Positions 38,581 through 49,819 of a DNA stretch of 64,000 nucleotides are shown here, piece by piece. Every line of letters starts with the position of its first letter. Positions within the stretch are counted from its first letter, which is position 1. The DNA comes from Squalus acanthias (taxonomy: Eukaryota), in assembly GCA_030390025.1 (NCBI GenBank), contig CM059432.1:18416001-18480000 (forward strand), read 5' to 3'. The notes under the pieces are model-generated. The model was not told the origin of the DNA. It searched no databases and saw only the letters and a list, made by a program, of their open reading frames with translations. The position numbers and the translations under genes were made by a program.

Positions 38581-39034
38581 TATGGCAAAAAAATCAGCTA
38601 CTCCAGGTAGAGACAGACTTCCAGGAGGTTCAGTTACACAATTGTCCATCATTTTCAAATGCTTTGGTAGTTGAGTTTCAAATAAGAGTTGTAGATGCTC
38701 ATTGACAGTACAGGCACTCTTATAAAGTAAGTGCAACATCACTGTGCCTACACCTGCAATGTTGCGACTAGATCAGGCCGGAGCAGACAAGAGCATCCAG
38801 TAATTAAGGCCAATATTTTGCTCTGTGGGTGAAATTTGATGGAAGAGTAGATGGGAATAAGCAGGGGATCAATCTGAACTCAACATTGAGTTCAACAATT
38901 TCAGACTATAAACCCCCCCATTTTTTCAGGCAGCAGCTGTTGATGATTCTGCCATCCCCATTTGCAACATTCAATCTCTCCTGCCTTCCACCCTATCACA
39001 GACTATCCCTTTTGTTCCTTCCTCCCCTCCCCTC

Positions 39035-40699
39035 TGTAGGGGGTGGTGGTTTGTGTCAGCTTCCCCTCTGACTTCTGAGCGGTTCGAATCGCTCCCACTC
39101 CCTTGGTTCTAGACCTTGGACTTATTTGGGGGTTGTGATAAAAGGTGCAGCAGACAACTGAGTTTGATGAAAGAACTTCGATCTTTATTAAAAGGTAAAA
39201 CACAATAATGACGCTCTTAACACTCTAAAGGTGGGGAACACTTCGGTACAAGCGAGGGAAATGACAGTAGAACAATACTTCACCCCTCCCAACCCCACTT
39301 TACTAGCTAAGTTAGGCTTTGAAGGACCAGGGATAATGCTCACCAATCCTTTGACAGTTGGGCTAAATCGCAGTTTTGGGGTTAGTTGTTTATGGCGGTT
39401 AGTGTCTGCCGTACCCCTGTATGCGGTAGAGGACTTCACCTGCGTCTCTGGTCAGTCTTCGCGAGTCCGCTGATGCGGTAAGATGTCGGTTTGGATTTAT
39501 CTGGTGAGTACCCAATTTCTTTAGTTGAGCAGTAGGGCTTAGAGTCTTTGGGAAAATCTTACCCAGGGGTAAGTCAGGAGTAGATTGTAGAGTGGAAACT
39601 TTGCGGTTCTTCGGGTTTTCTTCCCTTGAGTTGGTCTTTGTTGGTCGTGGTGGCCTGCTATTACCCGGTCAGTTGGGGGTAATATGCGGTTGTTGGTTTC
39701 GTGAGGCCTTTGGTTTCCGCGATGGTTTTAGGCCTTGTCTAGTGTGTCGGTCGACCTTGTGGAGCCGTCAGTGGCTTTTCGGCTTGTTGCTCTGGGTGAC
39801 TGTGTTGGGACCGTTGTTGGAGGTCCGTCGAGGTGGTATCTTCACGAGCTGGACTCAGGTGTGTCTGAGTGGTGAGCGATGCTGACTCGCTTCCAGCTCG
39901 ACTTGGGTCTGTGATGTTGCTCCTTGTCTCCACACTCGACTGTGTGTGTGATGCTGATGACCCGCTTGTCTCGACTGTCGAACCGATTAACAGTCCTTCA
40001 ATTATACCAAATTGAAGTGGCCTTATCTGCCTGCCAAATCTGCTCAGTTCATTGTCTGGTTTTGGCGGGCTCGTTAATGGTAACAACTTTACTAGCGTGT
40101 TAACTGGTTTTGAACAGGCCTTCAATCTCACCCATTGAACATGGCCTTATCTGCGCGCCAAATCTTGTCTTACTCTTTGTAAGGTTTTGGCAGGCTCGTT
40201 ACCAGTAACTGCTCTGTAAGCGTGAAATGCTTTTTGGGATGACTTGCATCCTGACGATTTCCGTGGTTGATCACTGGTGATTGGTTTCATGTTTGGTTTT
40301 CTAGGCTGGACTCGGTCTTTCTATAGAATGGGTCTGAGTGGTTTTTATTATGCATGTTTCTGATGGGCCCTGTCATCGGTTTTGATGGGGCCTGTATTTT
40401 GGGTGGGACTGTCCCTGGGTCTATTGTTCAAATGCTAATGTCTGCTGGGGCTTGAGTGAGGTCATCCCGGTTCCCCAGACAGTGTAATTAACTGCAATAG
40501 CCAAACTGCTTTTACAGAGGTCGAGCCCACCTCCTTGTCACTTTACAGGCCCAAACATGTTTTTAAAATGCCAAAACTTGTTTTTTGGTCTTAAATTCCT
40601 TAGGTTAGGCCCAAATGCATTTTTATCACTCTGAGGTAGTTCCAAAGTCCTTTTTTTCCCCTTAGGTTTTGGGGATCTGTAAATTTTGGAAACCTTACA
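39035..40699 (-). mobile_element. Long solo LTR (1665 bp)
   Basis: TGTAGGG...CCTTACA termini, 4-bp TSD CCTC, clean interruption of a recognisable repeat, minus-strand AATAAA at about 39184; no coding similarity. Confidence 0.78.
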
Positions 40700-40770
40700 C
40701 CTCCCCTCCCCTTCCCCCACCTCTCCACCTCTGCACCTGCTTAAAACCTGTTACATCCCTAACTTTTTCC

Positions 40771-40807
40771 AGTTCTGACGAAGGGTCACAGACCTGAAAT
40801 GTTAACT
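40771..40807 (+). ncRNA. Minimal type-I hammerhead ribozyme motif of the Penelope repeat
   Basis: Stem I AGTT/AACT, core CTGACGA, stem II GGTC-ACA-GACC, GAAA, loopless stem III, GTT cleavage triplet. Confidence 0.65.
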
Positions 40808-40953
40808 CTTGTTTCTCTCCCCACGGATGCTGCCTGACCTGCTGAGTGTTTCCAGCATTTTCTGTTGTTATTTCAGTAAAATGTTTAACTGATTTTTTTA
40901 ACGCTAGGTGGAGTTTTACTCCCATTCTAAAATGTGTTTATGAAAACAGAGTG

Positions 40954-41420
40954 ACTGCAGCCAACGAACCGGAAGCTGCTGCCAACGAACCAGAAGCTGC
41001 TGCCACAGAACCGGAAGCTGCTGCCAATGAACCAGATCCTGCTGCCAAAGAACCGGAAGCTGCTGCCAACGAACCAGAACCTGCTGCCAAAGAACCGGAA
41101 GCTGCTGCCAACGAACCAGAAGCTGCTGCCAATGAACCAGACGCTGCTGCCAAAGAACCGGAAGCTGCTGCCAACGAACCAGAACCTGCTGCCAAAGAAC
41201 CGGAAGCTGCTGCCAACGAACCAGAAGCTGCTGCCAAAGAACCGGAAGCTGCTGCCAACGAACCAGAAGCTGCTGCCAAAGAACCGGAAGCTGCTGCCAA
41301 CGAACCAGAAGCTGCTGCCAAAGAACCGGAAGCTGCTGCCAACGAACCAGAAGCTGCTGCCAAAGAACCGGAAGCTGCTGCCAACGAACCAGAAGCTGCT
41401 GCCAATGAACCGGAAGCTGC
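40954..41420. repeat. Minisatellite, 22 x 21 bp (GCTGCTGCCAAHGAACCRGAA) with a 42-bp higher-order unit
   Basis: Units counted from the translation AAA[NK]EPE; no spacers. Confidence 0.97.
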
Positions 41421-41675
41421 GCAGACGTGTTCTGCGCATAAATCTGTGGTGGCTTAATTACTAATGTATAATAATATCATAATATTGCATAAATCTGTGG
41501 AATCTGCAGAGCTCGGGGTTTGTTCAATAGTGTATAATAATACCACCGGTTGGTTTAAGTATTGATGTATAATAATTTCGTGGGGCGAGGGTGGCGGAGA
41601 TTTATTTGTTTGGAGCGCGAGCTCCGTGTGAAGGGAAAGGAGAAGAAAATTAATAACAAGGGTTGTTTGGTGAAG

Positions 41676-42956
41676 CATAGCATAGATGCATAGAAGATAG
41701 GAGCAGGAGTAGGCCATTCGGCCCCTCGAGCCTGCTCCGCCATTTAATGAGATCATGGCTGATCATCCAAATTCAGTACACTGTCCCTGCTTTCTCCCCA
41801 TATCCCTTGATCCCTTTAGCCTTAAGAAATATATCTATCTCCTTCTTGAATATATTTAATGAATTGGCCTTAACTGCCTTCTGTGGTAGAGAATTCCACA
41901 GGTTCACCACTCTCTGGGTGAAGAAATTCCTTCTCATCTCAGTCCTAAATGGCTTACCCCTTAACCTTAGACTGTGACCCTTGGTTCTGGACTCCCCCGC
42001 CATCGGGAACATCCTTCCTGCATCTAGTCTGTCTAGTCCTGTTAGAATTTTATAAGTTTCAATGAGATCCCCTCTCATTCTTCGAAACTCTAGCGAATAT
42101 AAGCCTAATCGACACAATCTCTCTTCATACGTCATTCCTGCCATCCCAGGTATCAGTCTGGTGAATCTTCGCTGCACTCCCTCCATGGCAAGAACATCCT
42201 TCCTCAGATAAGGCGACCAAAACTGCACACAATACTCAAGGTGTGGTCTCACCAAGGCCTTGTACAACTGCAGCAAGACATCCTTGCTCCTGTACTCGAA
42301 TCCTCTCGCTATGAAGGCCAACATACCACTTGCCTTCTTAACTGCCTACTGCACCTGCATGCTTACCTTCAGCGACTGGTGCACAAGGACTCCCAGATCT
42401 CGTTGCACTTCCCCTTTTCCCAAACTATTGCCGTTCAGATAATAATCTGTCTTCCTGTTTTTGCCACCAAAGTGGATAACCTCGCATTTATCCACATTAT
42501 ACTGCATCTGCCATGCATCTGCCCAATCACCCAACCTGTCCAAATCATACTGGAGTTTCTCTGCATCCTCCTCACAGCACACATGCCCACCCACTTTGTG
42601 TCGTCTGCAAACTTAGAGATATTACATCTAGTTCCCTCGTTTAGATCATTAATATATATTGTGAATAGCTGGGGTCCCAGCACCGAATCCCTGCGGTACC
42701 CCACTAGTCACTGCCTGCCACTCGGAAAAAGACCCGTTTATTCCAACTCTTTGCTTCCTGTCTGCCAACCAGTTTTCTATCCAAGTCCGTACCTCACCCC
42801 CAATCCCATGTGCTTTAACTTTGCACGCTAATCTCTCATGCGGGACCTTATCGAAAGCCTTCTGAAAGTCCAAATACACCACATCCACTGTTTCTCCCTT
42901 ATCTATTCTACCAGTTACATCTTCAAAAAATTCCAGTAGATTAGTCAGGCATGATT
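41676..42956 (-). mobile_element. 5'-truncated CR1 family A
   Basis: ORFs 41773, 42346, 42435 and 42649; highly similar to 23375-24650. Confidence 0.95.
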
Positions 42957-43688
42957 ACCCTGGCACAGATTTTCTTTTCCTGGCGCGCATCTGTTCGGCA
43001 GCAGTGATCTGTTTTTCCCACCCCCTTCCCTCCTTTCTCGCCCTGGAAGTGTGTTCTTTGTGATAGCGACAATATTTTCTTTTCCGTTAGCGAACAACCC
43101 AAAAAAAAACCACTGAAACTGCGCGTGCGCAGCGACTTCATCCTGTTAGCAGCAGTCACGTCCTCATAGAGTCATAGGGGTAAAAATTCAGTTGGTTGCG
43201 CCTCCCGTTAGTGCCTTAAGAGGGCGCTAATGGGGCACAAAGCCGCTAACGCCCGGGCGCAGCGATGTTTGCGCTGCTCGGGAACTTAACTAGACATTGT
43301 GCGGCGGCACTAAACTTTACCGCTGCGACCACCTGCGCGCGCAGATTGTGACGTCATTCCATGGTACAACGCCCTTGTGGCGCCCCGGAGCGGAAATTGA
43401 GTGGCGCCCCCTGCCTTACCGCCTGGCGCATCCAACGACCGGAAGACTGGAACGCTATCAACCGCTGTGGGGCTGGGGGGGGGCGCTATTTAAAGGGGGC
43501 CTCTTCCTGTCTTTTTCTGTGGTTGACATTTTTGCACCACTCGTTCTGAGAGAGAGAGAGAGATTCGGAGAGAGAGAAAGAGAGACTTCTGCATTGAGTC
43601 AACGCTTTGTGAGGTAGTTTTGCCTGCTGATCCTAACTTCGCTGCAACTTTGGTTGCTGTCCTTCATTACTTTGCTTGCAAAGAGACT

Positions 43689-44849
43689 ATGGGGGCTGCA
43701 CTGATTGGGGGCGTCGTCCTGCTCCAGCTGAATCGGAGGACACAGAGACGCAGAGAGAGAGTGGCAATGATGGCCAGACGGAGGAGGGCCAACAGGCATA
43801 TGTACAGGAGAGCTTACCCTCCCAGGGTATATCGTGAACAGCTCTCCTACATTCATATGTCTGAGGAGCTGTGTTTGCGAAGGCTGCGATTCAGCAAGGA
43901 GGTGGTCACTGAGCTCTGCCACCTGCTGCAGCCAGATCTGCAGCCTCAACTGAGGTCCAGGACGTCTCTGTCGGTGGCAGTGAAAGTCACAGTGGCTCTC
44001 AACTTCTATGCTACTGGCTCATTTCAAGCTGCTGCTGGGGACCTCGCCAATATCTCCCAGTTCGCGGTGCATTGCTGCATCCCGCAGGTAACAAATGCCC
44101 TCTTTAAAAGGAGACGAGAGTTCATCTCTTTCCCCATGACCCCAGACAAGCAGCGTGACCGCGCTCTGGGCTTTGCGAGGATAGCGGGCTTCCCCATGGT
44201 GCAGGGCGCCATTGACTGCACGCATGTGGCTTTGCGTGCTCCACATGAGAATGCCGAGGAATTCCGGAACAGAAAGGGGTTCCATTCCTTGAATGTTCAG
44301 TTGGTCTGTGACCACAGACAGCTGATACTCGCTGTCAATGCCCAGTATCCTGGCATCTGCCACGATGCTTTTATCCTGCGCCAGACTACTGTGGCAGAAC
44401 TTTTCGAGGCACCGCATCAGCCAGTTGGTTGGCTTCTCGGGGACAAGGGGTATCCATTGAGCACCTGGCTGATGACACCGCTCCGTACGCCCAACACCCC
44501 TGCTGAGCTGCGGTACAATGAGAGCCATCAAGCTACCAGGAACATCATTGAGCGCACAATCGGCGTGCTGAAGCAACGGTTCCGCTGTCTCGACCATTCT
44601 GGAGGAGCCCTGCAGTACTCGCCTGAACGAGTATCCAACTTCGTAGTTGTGTGCTGCATGTTGCATAACATGGCAGTCGTCAGGACCCAGCCAATGCCAC
44701 CAGGCCTTGGAGCACCACCAGAGGAGGAGGAAGAAGAGGAGGAAGAGGACGAGGAGGATGATCATCAGCAGCACCAAGGCGGGAGGGCGGCCCACAATGG
44801 TGAAACTGCAAGGGCCGTCCGTCAACGGCTGATAGCAAGCCGCTTCTAG
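43689..44849 (+). CDS. Harbinger DDE transposase (HARBI1-like family), 386 aa
   Basis: First ATG at 43689; [54 protein letters not shown], acidic tail; no stops. Confidence 0.95.
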   Translation: MGAALIGGVVLLQLNRRTQRRRERVAMMARRRRANRHMYRRAYPPRVYREQLSYIHMSEELCLRRLRFSKEVVTELCHLLQPDLQPQLRSRTSLSVAVKVTVALNFYATGSFQAAAGDLANISQFAVHCCIPQVTNALFKRRREFISFPMTPDKQRDRALGFARIAGFPMVQGAIDCTHVALRAPHENAEEFRNRKGFHSLNVQLVCDHRQLILAVNAQYPGICHDAFILRQTTVAELFEAPHQPVGWLLGDKGYPLSTWLMTPLRTPNTPAELRYNESHQATRNIIERTIGVLKQRFRCLDHSGGALQYSPERVSNFVVVCCMLHNMAVVRTQPMPPGLGAPPEEEEEEEEEDEEDDHQQHQGGRAAHNGETARAVRQRLIASRF

Positions 44850-45161
44850 GGCCCCTGCTGTGGAAATGGCTTCTGCCATTGCTAACAACATCAATGAACC
44901 CAGCACGCAAACCCTAAGCCGGCCAAGGCACCAATAATTCCAAACACCAAACATGTATATTTTGAATACAGAAACTTATTTATTTTACAAACTCTGTGTG
45001 TGTCAATTCCTCATGACAAACTCATAGAAATAAACACACAAAAACACACAATAACATAACTGGTTCTCACAACCTGGAGATAATGTCCAAAACACTAAAC
45101 AAAAGTTGGACCATGAACCTCGGCCTTTAATAAAAAAATGACCAGCATTTTGTCACACCTC

Positions 45162-46981
45162 CTACTTTTTGCCCTTCAAGGGTGATCTCCTTCCCTTGCG
45201 CACTTCCCCCCTTCTAACCCTACTGCTCCTCCGTAATAGGACCTCAGTGGCTGCAGCAAGGCTGGTGGAAGGCTGCTGATCGTCAGACCCTGACACTGCA
45301 GATGCCCCTGAAGGACGGCCTCGACCAGTTCTGGGCCTGGAGGGCCCGGCTGCAGACTGCACCAACTCTGCATGGGCGGCAGCAGTCTGTCCTACAGGCA
45401 GTGGCAAGTGCAGTGGAGAAGTGACAGTGTTGGCAGCAGGAATGCTGTCATCGTGAGAGAGGACAGCAACACCCTGCTCGCCCGACACACTGGCACTCCC
45501 ACGGGGCAGCACTTCAGCATCCGGAGCAATCTGCTGGAGAACAGATTGCTGGCCTGCTGCGGCGCGGTGAGAGCCCCGGGGACATGTGAACGAACCATCG
45601 AGGTTGGCAGCAGTCTGTGCTCGCGTGGCCTCAATCTGAGTCTGCATGAGAGCAGTCAGAGATGGGATCACGGCAGCCAGTGACTGAATTGCAGCACTAA
45701 GCATTAGTGTGGCATCTGCCTGTGCTACAGCGAAGTGCTCCACACTCCTTGCCAGTGACTCAATGCATTCGGGCACCCTTCCCACTGCACCCATGAGCTC
45801 AGTGTGCATGCCCACCGCCTGGGTGTTCATTTCTGCGATCAGCCGCTCCTCCTCTGCGTCCATTGCAGTAGGAGTCGCTGGCATACTCTCCCTCTGGGGA
45901 GAAGGCCCCCGTTCTTCCCTACCCCCATGGCGTTGCTGCAGCCCGATGGGTCCTGGAGCTTCACCCTCATCAGACCCTTCCCCCCTGCTCCCCTCCAGGG
46001 AAGGCGTGTTCCCAGTGTGGGCATGGGCTTCCTCAGGAGAGGGTGGCACTGATGCTCCGGCTTCCTCTTCCTCCTCAGCTGCAGCTTCACTCCCAGTGGC
46101 AGCTTCAGGGCCCATCTCCTCAGCTGGTGAATCACCATCTGAAAGCAGGGAGGTACAAGAGTGGCTTTAGCGTGAGGACAGGGTGGCAGTAAGGGAGGAA
46201 TAAGTGCAGCGAGTTAGCAAGTTGGATTGAAAGTGTCAAAGGCTGGTGTTGTGAGGGACAAGTGGAAGGACAGAGGACAAAAAGGTGATGACCTTACCAT
46301 TGCTGTCCAGAACGGGGTCGGCGTCTCCAGTGGCGACGGGACCGATCACCCGGCTTGCCACAATCCTGTGGACACGCTCCTCAAGATCGCTGAGGGGTTG
46401 CAGCTGAGGCCGCCCTCCACCTGTCCGTTGCTGCTGTCTCCGATTATGCGCCAGCTTGGCCTGCAAGTAAAAGGACAGCATCTGAGTAAATATACAGCCA
46501 TGGTCTTGCCTGATGTGCCTCCCATAGGTGAATAGCCCTTACTGTATGCAGCCATGGTCTTGCCTGATGTGCCTCCCATAGGTGAATAGCCCTTACTGTA
46601 TGCAAAGTGTGGAATGTGTGTGTGTGTTTCATGAAAGGGCCATAGGTGTTGGATGAGTGTTGTGCATTGGGGTTTTAAGACCCTCTGGCCATGGAGTGAG
46701 GTTGAGATGGAGGGATGGAGAGGTATTGAGAAAAAGCCACTCACCCTGACGACCTGAGTGAGGTCGTTGAACTTTTTGCGGCATTGAACATGGGTCCTGG
46801 GCACCATGCTCCTGGAGGAGACGCTCTGAGCCACCTCCCTCCACACTCTTCTGTACTCGCGTGGCAAAGGCCTCCTGCCACTCTCAGGGAAGAGTATACA
46901 TCTTTTGCGCTCCACCGCGCCAACCAGAGCATCCAAGGCCCGCTCGGTGAAGCGATGAGCTCGTTCTCTCACCCTCTCCAT
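45162..46981 (-). CDS. Harbinger ORF2 Myb/SANT (trihelix) DNA-binding protein; exons 46981-46745, 46460-46298, 46138-45162; 458 aa
   Basis: RFTERALDAL...VWREVA...RTHVQCRKKFNDL; GT-AG introns (GTGAGT/TTGCAG; GTAAGG/TTTCAG); phases 0 and 1 join into one frame; basic NLS-like C-terminus. Confidence 0.9.
46495..46602. repeat. Perfect 54-bp tandem duplication in ORF2 intron 1
   Basis: CAGCCATGGTCTTGCC...CTTACTGTATG x2. Confidence 0.95.
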
Positions 46982-47342
46982 CCTTGGCAGCAAAATGGAT
47001 TCACAGGTCTCTCCAGGCCGAGATTCAAGGCTGCAATGAGCAGGGTGTGGCTGGGGAGCAAGTTGCCCCCCCCCCCGCTTTAAGAACTGGCCGGCGCCAG
47101 TGTGTCTGTGTTCCCTCGCTAACTGGCAGCCCCTGCGCTGCGCTCGCGCGCTGAGTTAGCGCCTCACTGCTCGGCATTTGCGCCTTAAGACACGTGTGCA
47201 GCGCCTGATTTAGCGCTCCATTCACCTCCCGGGGCGGTAAAAGTGAAGTTTCCAGTCAGTGGCGATAATTAGCGCCAGGCGCTAATATTTGCGTCCAGAC
47301 GATATTTGCGCCCCAAACGGGGCGCGACCTAATTTTTCCCCC

Positions 47343-48425
47343 ATAGAGTTATACAGCACAGAAAGAGGCCCTTCGGCCCATCGTGTCCGCGCCGGCCATC
47401 AAGCCCTATCTATTCTAATCCCATTTTCCAGCACTTGGTCCGTAGCCTTGTATGCTATGGCGTTTCAAGTGCTCATCTAAATGCTTCTTGAATGTTGTGA
47501 GGGTTCCTGCCTCTATCACCCTTTCAGGCAGTGAGTTCCAGATTCCAACCACCCTCTGGGTGAAAAAGTTTTCCTCAAATCCCCTCTAAACCTCCTGCCC
47601 CTTACCTTGAAACTATGCCCCCTGGTGATTGACCCCTCTACTAAGGGGAAAATGTCCTTCCTATCTATCCTATCTATGCTCCATATAATTTTGTACACCT
47701 CAATCAGATCCCCCCTCAGCCTTCTCTGCTCTAAGGAAAACAACCCCAGCCTGTCCAGTCTCTCTTCATAGCTGAAGCGTTCCAGCCCAGGTAACATCCT
47801 GGTGAATCTCCTCTGCACCCTCTCCAATGCAATCACATCCTTTCTATAGTGTGGCGACCAGAACTGCACACAGAATTCCAGCTGTGGCCTAACTAGCGTT
47901 TTGTACAGCTCCATCATAACCTCCCTGCTTTTATATCCTATGCCTCGGCTAATGAAGGCAAGCATCCCATATGCCTTCTTAACCACCTTATCTACCTGTC
48001 CTGTTGCCTTCAGAGATCTATGTACATGCACACCAAGGTCCCTCTGATCCTCTGTCCTTCCTAGGGTCCTACCATTCATTGTATATTCCCTTGCCTTGTT
48101 AGTCCTCCCAAAATGCATCACCTCACACTTTTCAGGGTTAAATTCCATTTGCCACTGTTTTGCCCATCTGACCAACCCGTCTATATCGTCCTGTAGCCTG
48201 TGGCTTCCCTCCTCGCTATTTACCACTCCACCAATTTTCATGTCATCTGCGAACTTACTGATCATACCTCCTACATTCATATCTAAATCATTAATGTACA
48301 CTACAAACAGCAAGGGACCCAGCACCGATCCCTGTGGTACACCACTGGACAGAGGCTTCCAGTCACAAAAACAACCTTCGACCATCACCCTCTGCCTCCT
48401 GCCACTAAGCCAATTTTGGATCCAC
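47343..48425 (-). mobile_element. 5'-truncated CR1 whose tail (rest at 43165-43176) hosts the Harbinger
   Basis: ORF 47516-48388 (FADD, RPQLEFCVQFWSP). Confidence 0.93.
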
Positions 48426-48592
48426 GTATGAAAAATAACCTATAAAGAAAGAGCTTAAGAGTCATCAAGGTCCTGATGAAGACCAATCATGGGATATGCC
48501 AAGGGGTATATTTTACAAGTTCACACCTTTTACTGCAGAGCATTGCTCAATGGAGGCAGGGGGAGGGAGTAGATTAGACAAATAGATGTAGG

Positions 48593-49070
48593 GGGGTTAA
48601 ATTAGGCCATGTAACGATAGGCAGCCTCCTAAGGCCCCAAAATGGCAGGCAGGAAGTGTGCCGCCTGCCGTGTTGGGTAAAGAACCAACAAGAGGCGTCC
48701 TTTACCCATGCCTGGAGCAGACGTTAGGCCGTTTGCCTCTGCAAATGACGTCGACTTCAGATTCCCTGCTGCAACATTGGTTTGCCGTGAGGCTGCTCCA
48801 GCGCAAACCAACCCTAAACGCCGCATAAATTTAAGAAAAGGTAAGTGCTCACCACAATCACCATGGCGATAGTTGCTGCTCCCGGTCCCAAGATCCCCGA
48901 CCTCCAGGCTCTGGCCACGACCTCCGACCTCCTATTCCCCCCTGACCACCGATCCCAATATCCGGGGCTACTGGAAGCTCACCATTTGTGCACGGTGTAC
49001 TAACGCTGGCCAGGGAGTGGGGGGGGGGTCAAGGGGTGCCCTAAAAATGGACATTCCCGAATTTAACCCC
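48593..49070. mobile_element. Harbinger-type MITE
   Basis: TIR GGGGTTAAATT / AATTTAACCCC. Confidence 0.7.
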
Positions 49071-49819
49071 ACGAAGAGTACAGCGTGCCCAATTCAGCCC
49101 CTCCAATTTTCTTGAATAGTGGCTTTTTTTTGCAGTTACTGTCATTTCAGTGGCTCATTACCTGCTTCATAATTATCAAGTGCTTGGTATTGAAGGTGTA
49201 GCCTGGGTGGTCGGCTTTCTGTTGTCCACCAGTTCGTTATGTAAGACATCAGCCTCCGCCCCGGCAAAAACAGCTTTCATTTGCAGTAGCGAGATGATAT
49301 TTACCTACAAAATTGGCTAAGCAACCAATCATAGTGATTAGAGCACATTATAGTAAGTTTCCTGTTGCATCTAAAATGAGTTGGCCCATTGAGAAGGATC
49401 AAATAGTTCTGCTTCTTAGACTGCGGAAGACTGTTCCAATCTACTTGAGTTAACCACAGAGCACAGCTCTAACCAAATACTTGTTGTGTAGAAATAACTG
49501 TCTATAAAGGCATTAGCCATTCTCAGATATATTGATAAACTGACAGTTTTAATCTGTCAGCAGTGTAGATCAAATTAGAGATTTCCACTTGTAGTGTTTG
49601 CAGCTTCTTTGCTCGAGTCTCCGTGTTCAAGAACACTCAGCCATGCAAGATGCATCGAATAAACAATAATCCCTGTTTTATATAATGTAGAAATATCTGC
49701 ATGATAAATAAAGTGTATGTCGCATAATTGCTTTACCATTACACTGCTGTGCAGCAAGATATCTAGCATGATGCATATTTTGTTATGCTTTTGAATTAAA
49801 TTGATGTTTCAAATTTGAA

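Larger units (their letters stand above)
38970..40876 (+). mobile_element. Penelope terminal-repeat fragment split by a solo LTR (38970-39034 and 40700-40876)
   Basis: Both halves match the reverse complement of 35420-35650. Confidence 0.78.
43177..47342 (+). mobile_element. Apparently intact autonomous PIF/Harbinger DNA transposon (4166 bp)
   Basis: TIR GGGGTAAAAATT / AATTTTTCCCCC, TSD ATA (43174-43176, 47343-47345), two convergent intact genes. Confidence 0.96.

Noticed and set aside
39188..40131. Short ORFs as viral accessory genes
   Set aside because: No recognisable domains; they lie within a structurally defined solo LTR.
40954..41420. CRISPR array
   Set aside because: Contiguous tandem units with no unique spacers, no cas genes, eukaryotic context.
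23375..42956. Large inverted repeat bounding a composite element
   Set aside because: Independent truncated CR1 family A copies with different 5' ends and hosts.
44019..44954. 311-aa antisense ORF
   Set aside because: Shadow of the transposase frame; no recognisable motifs.
43689..46981. Domesticated host genes HARBI1 / NAIF1
   Set aside because: Bounded by TIRs and a TSD, inserted in a LINE tail, with sister elements nearby; this is a transposon.
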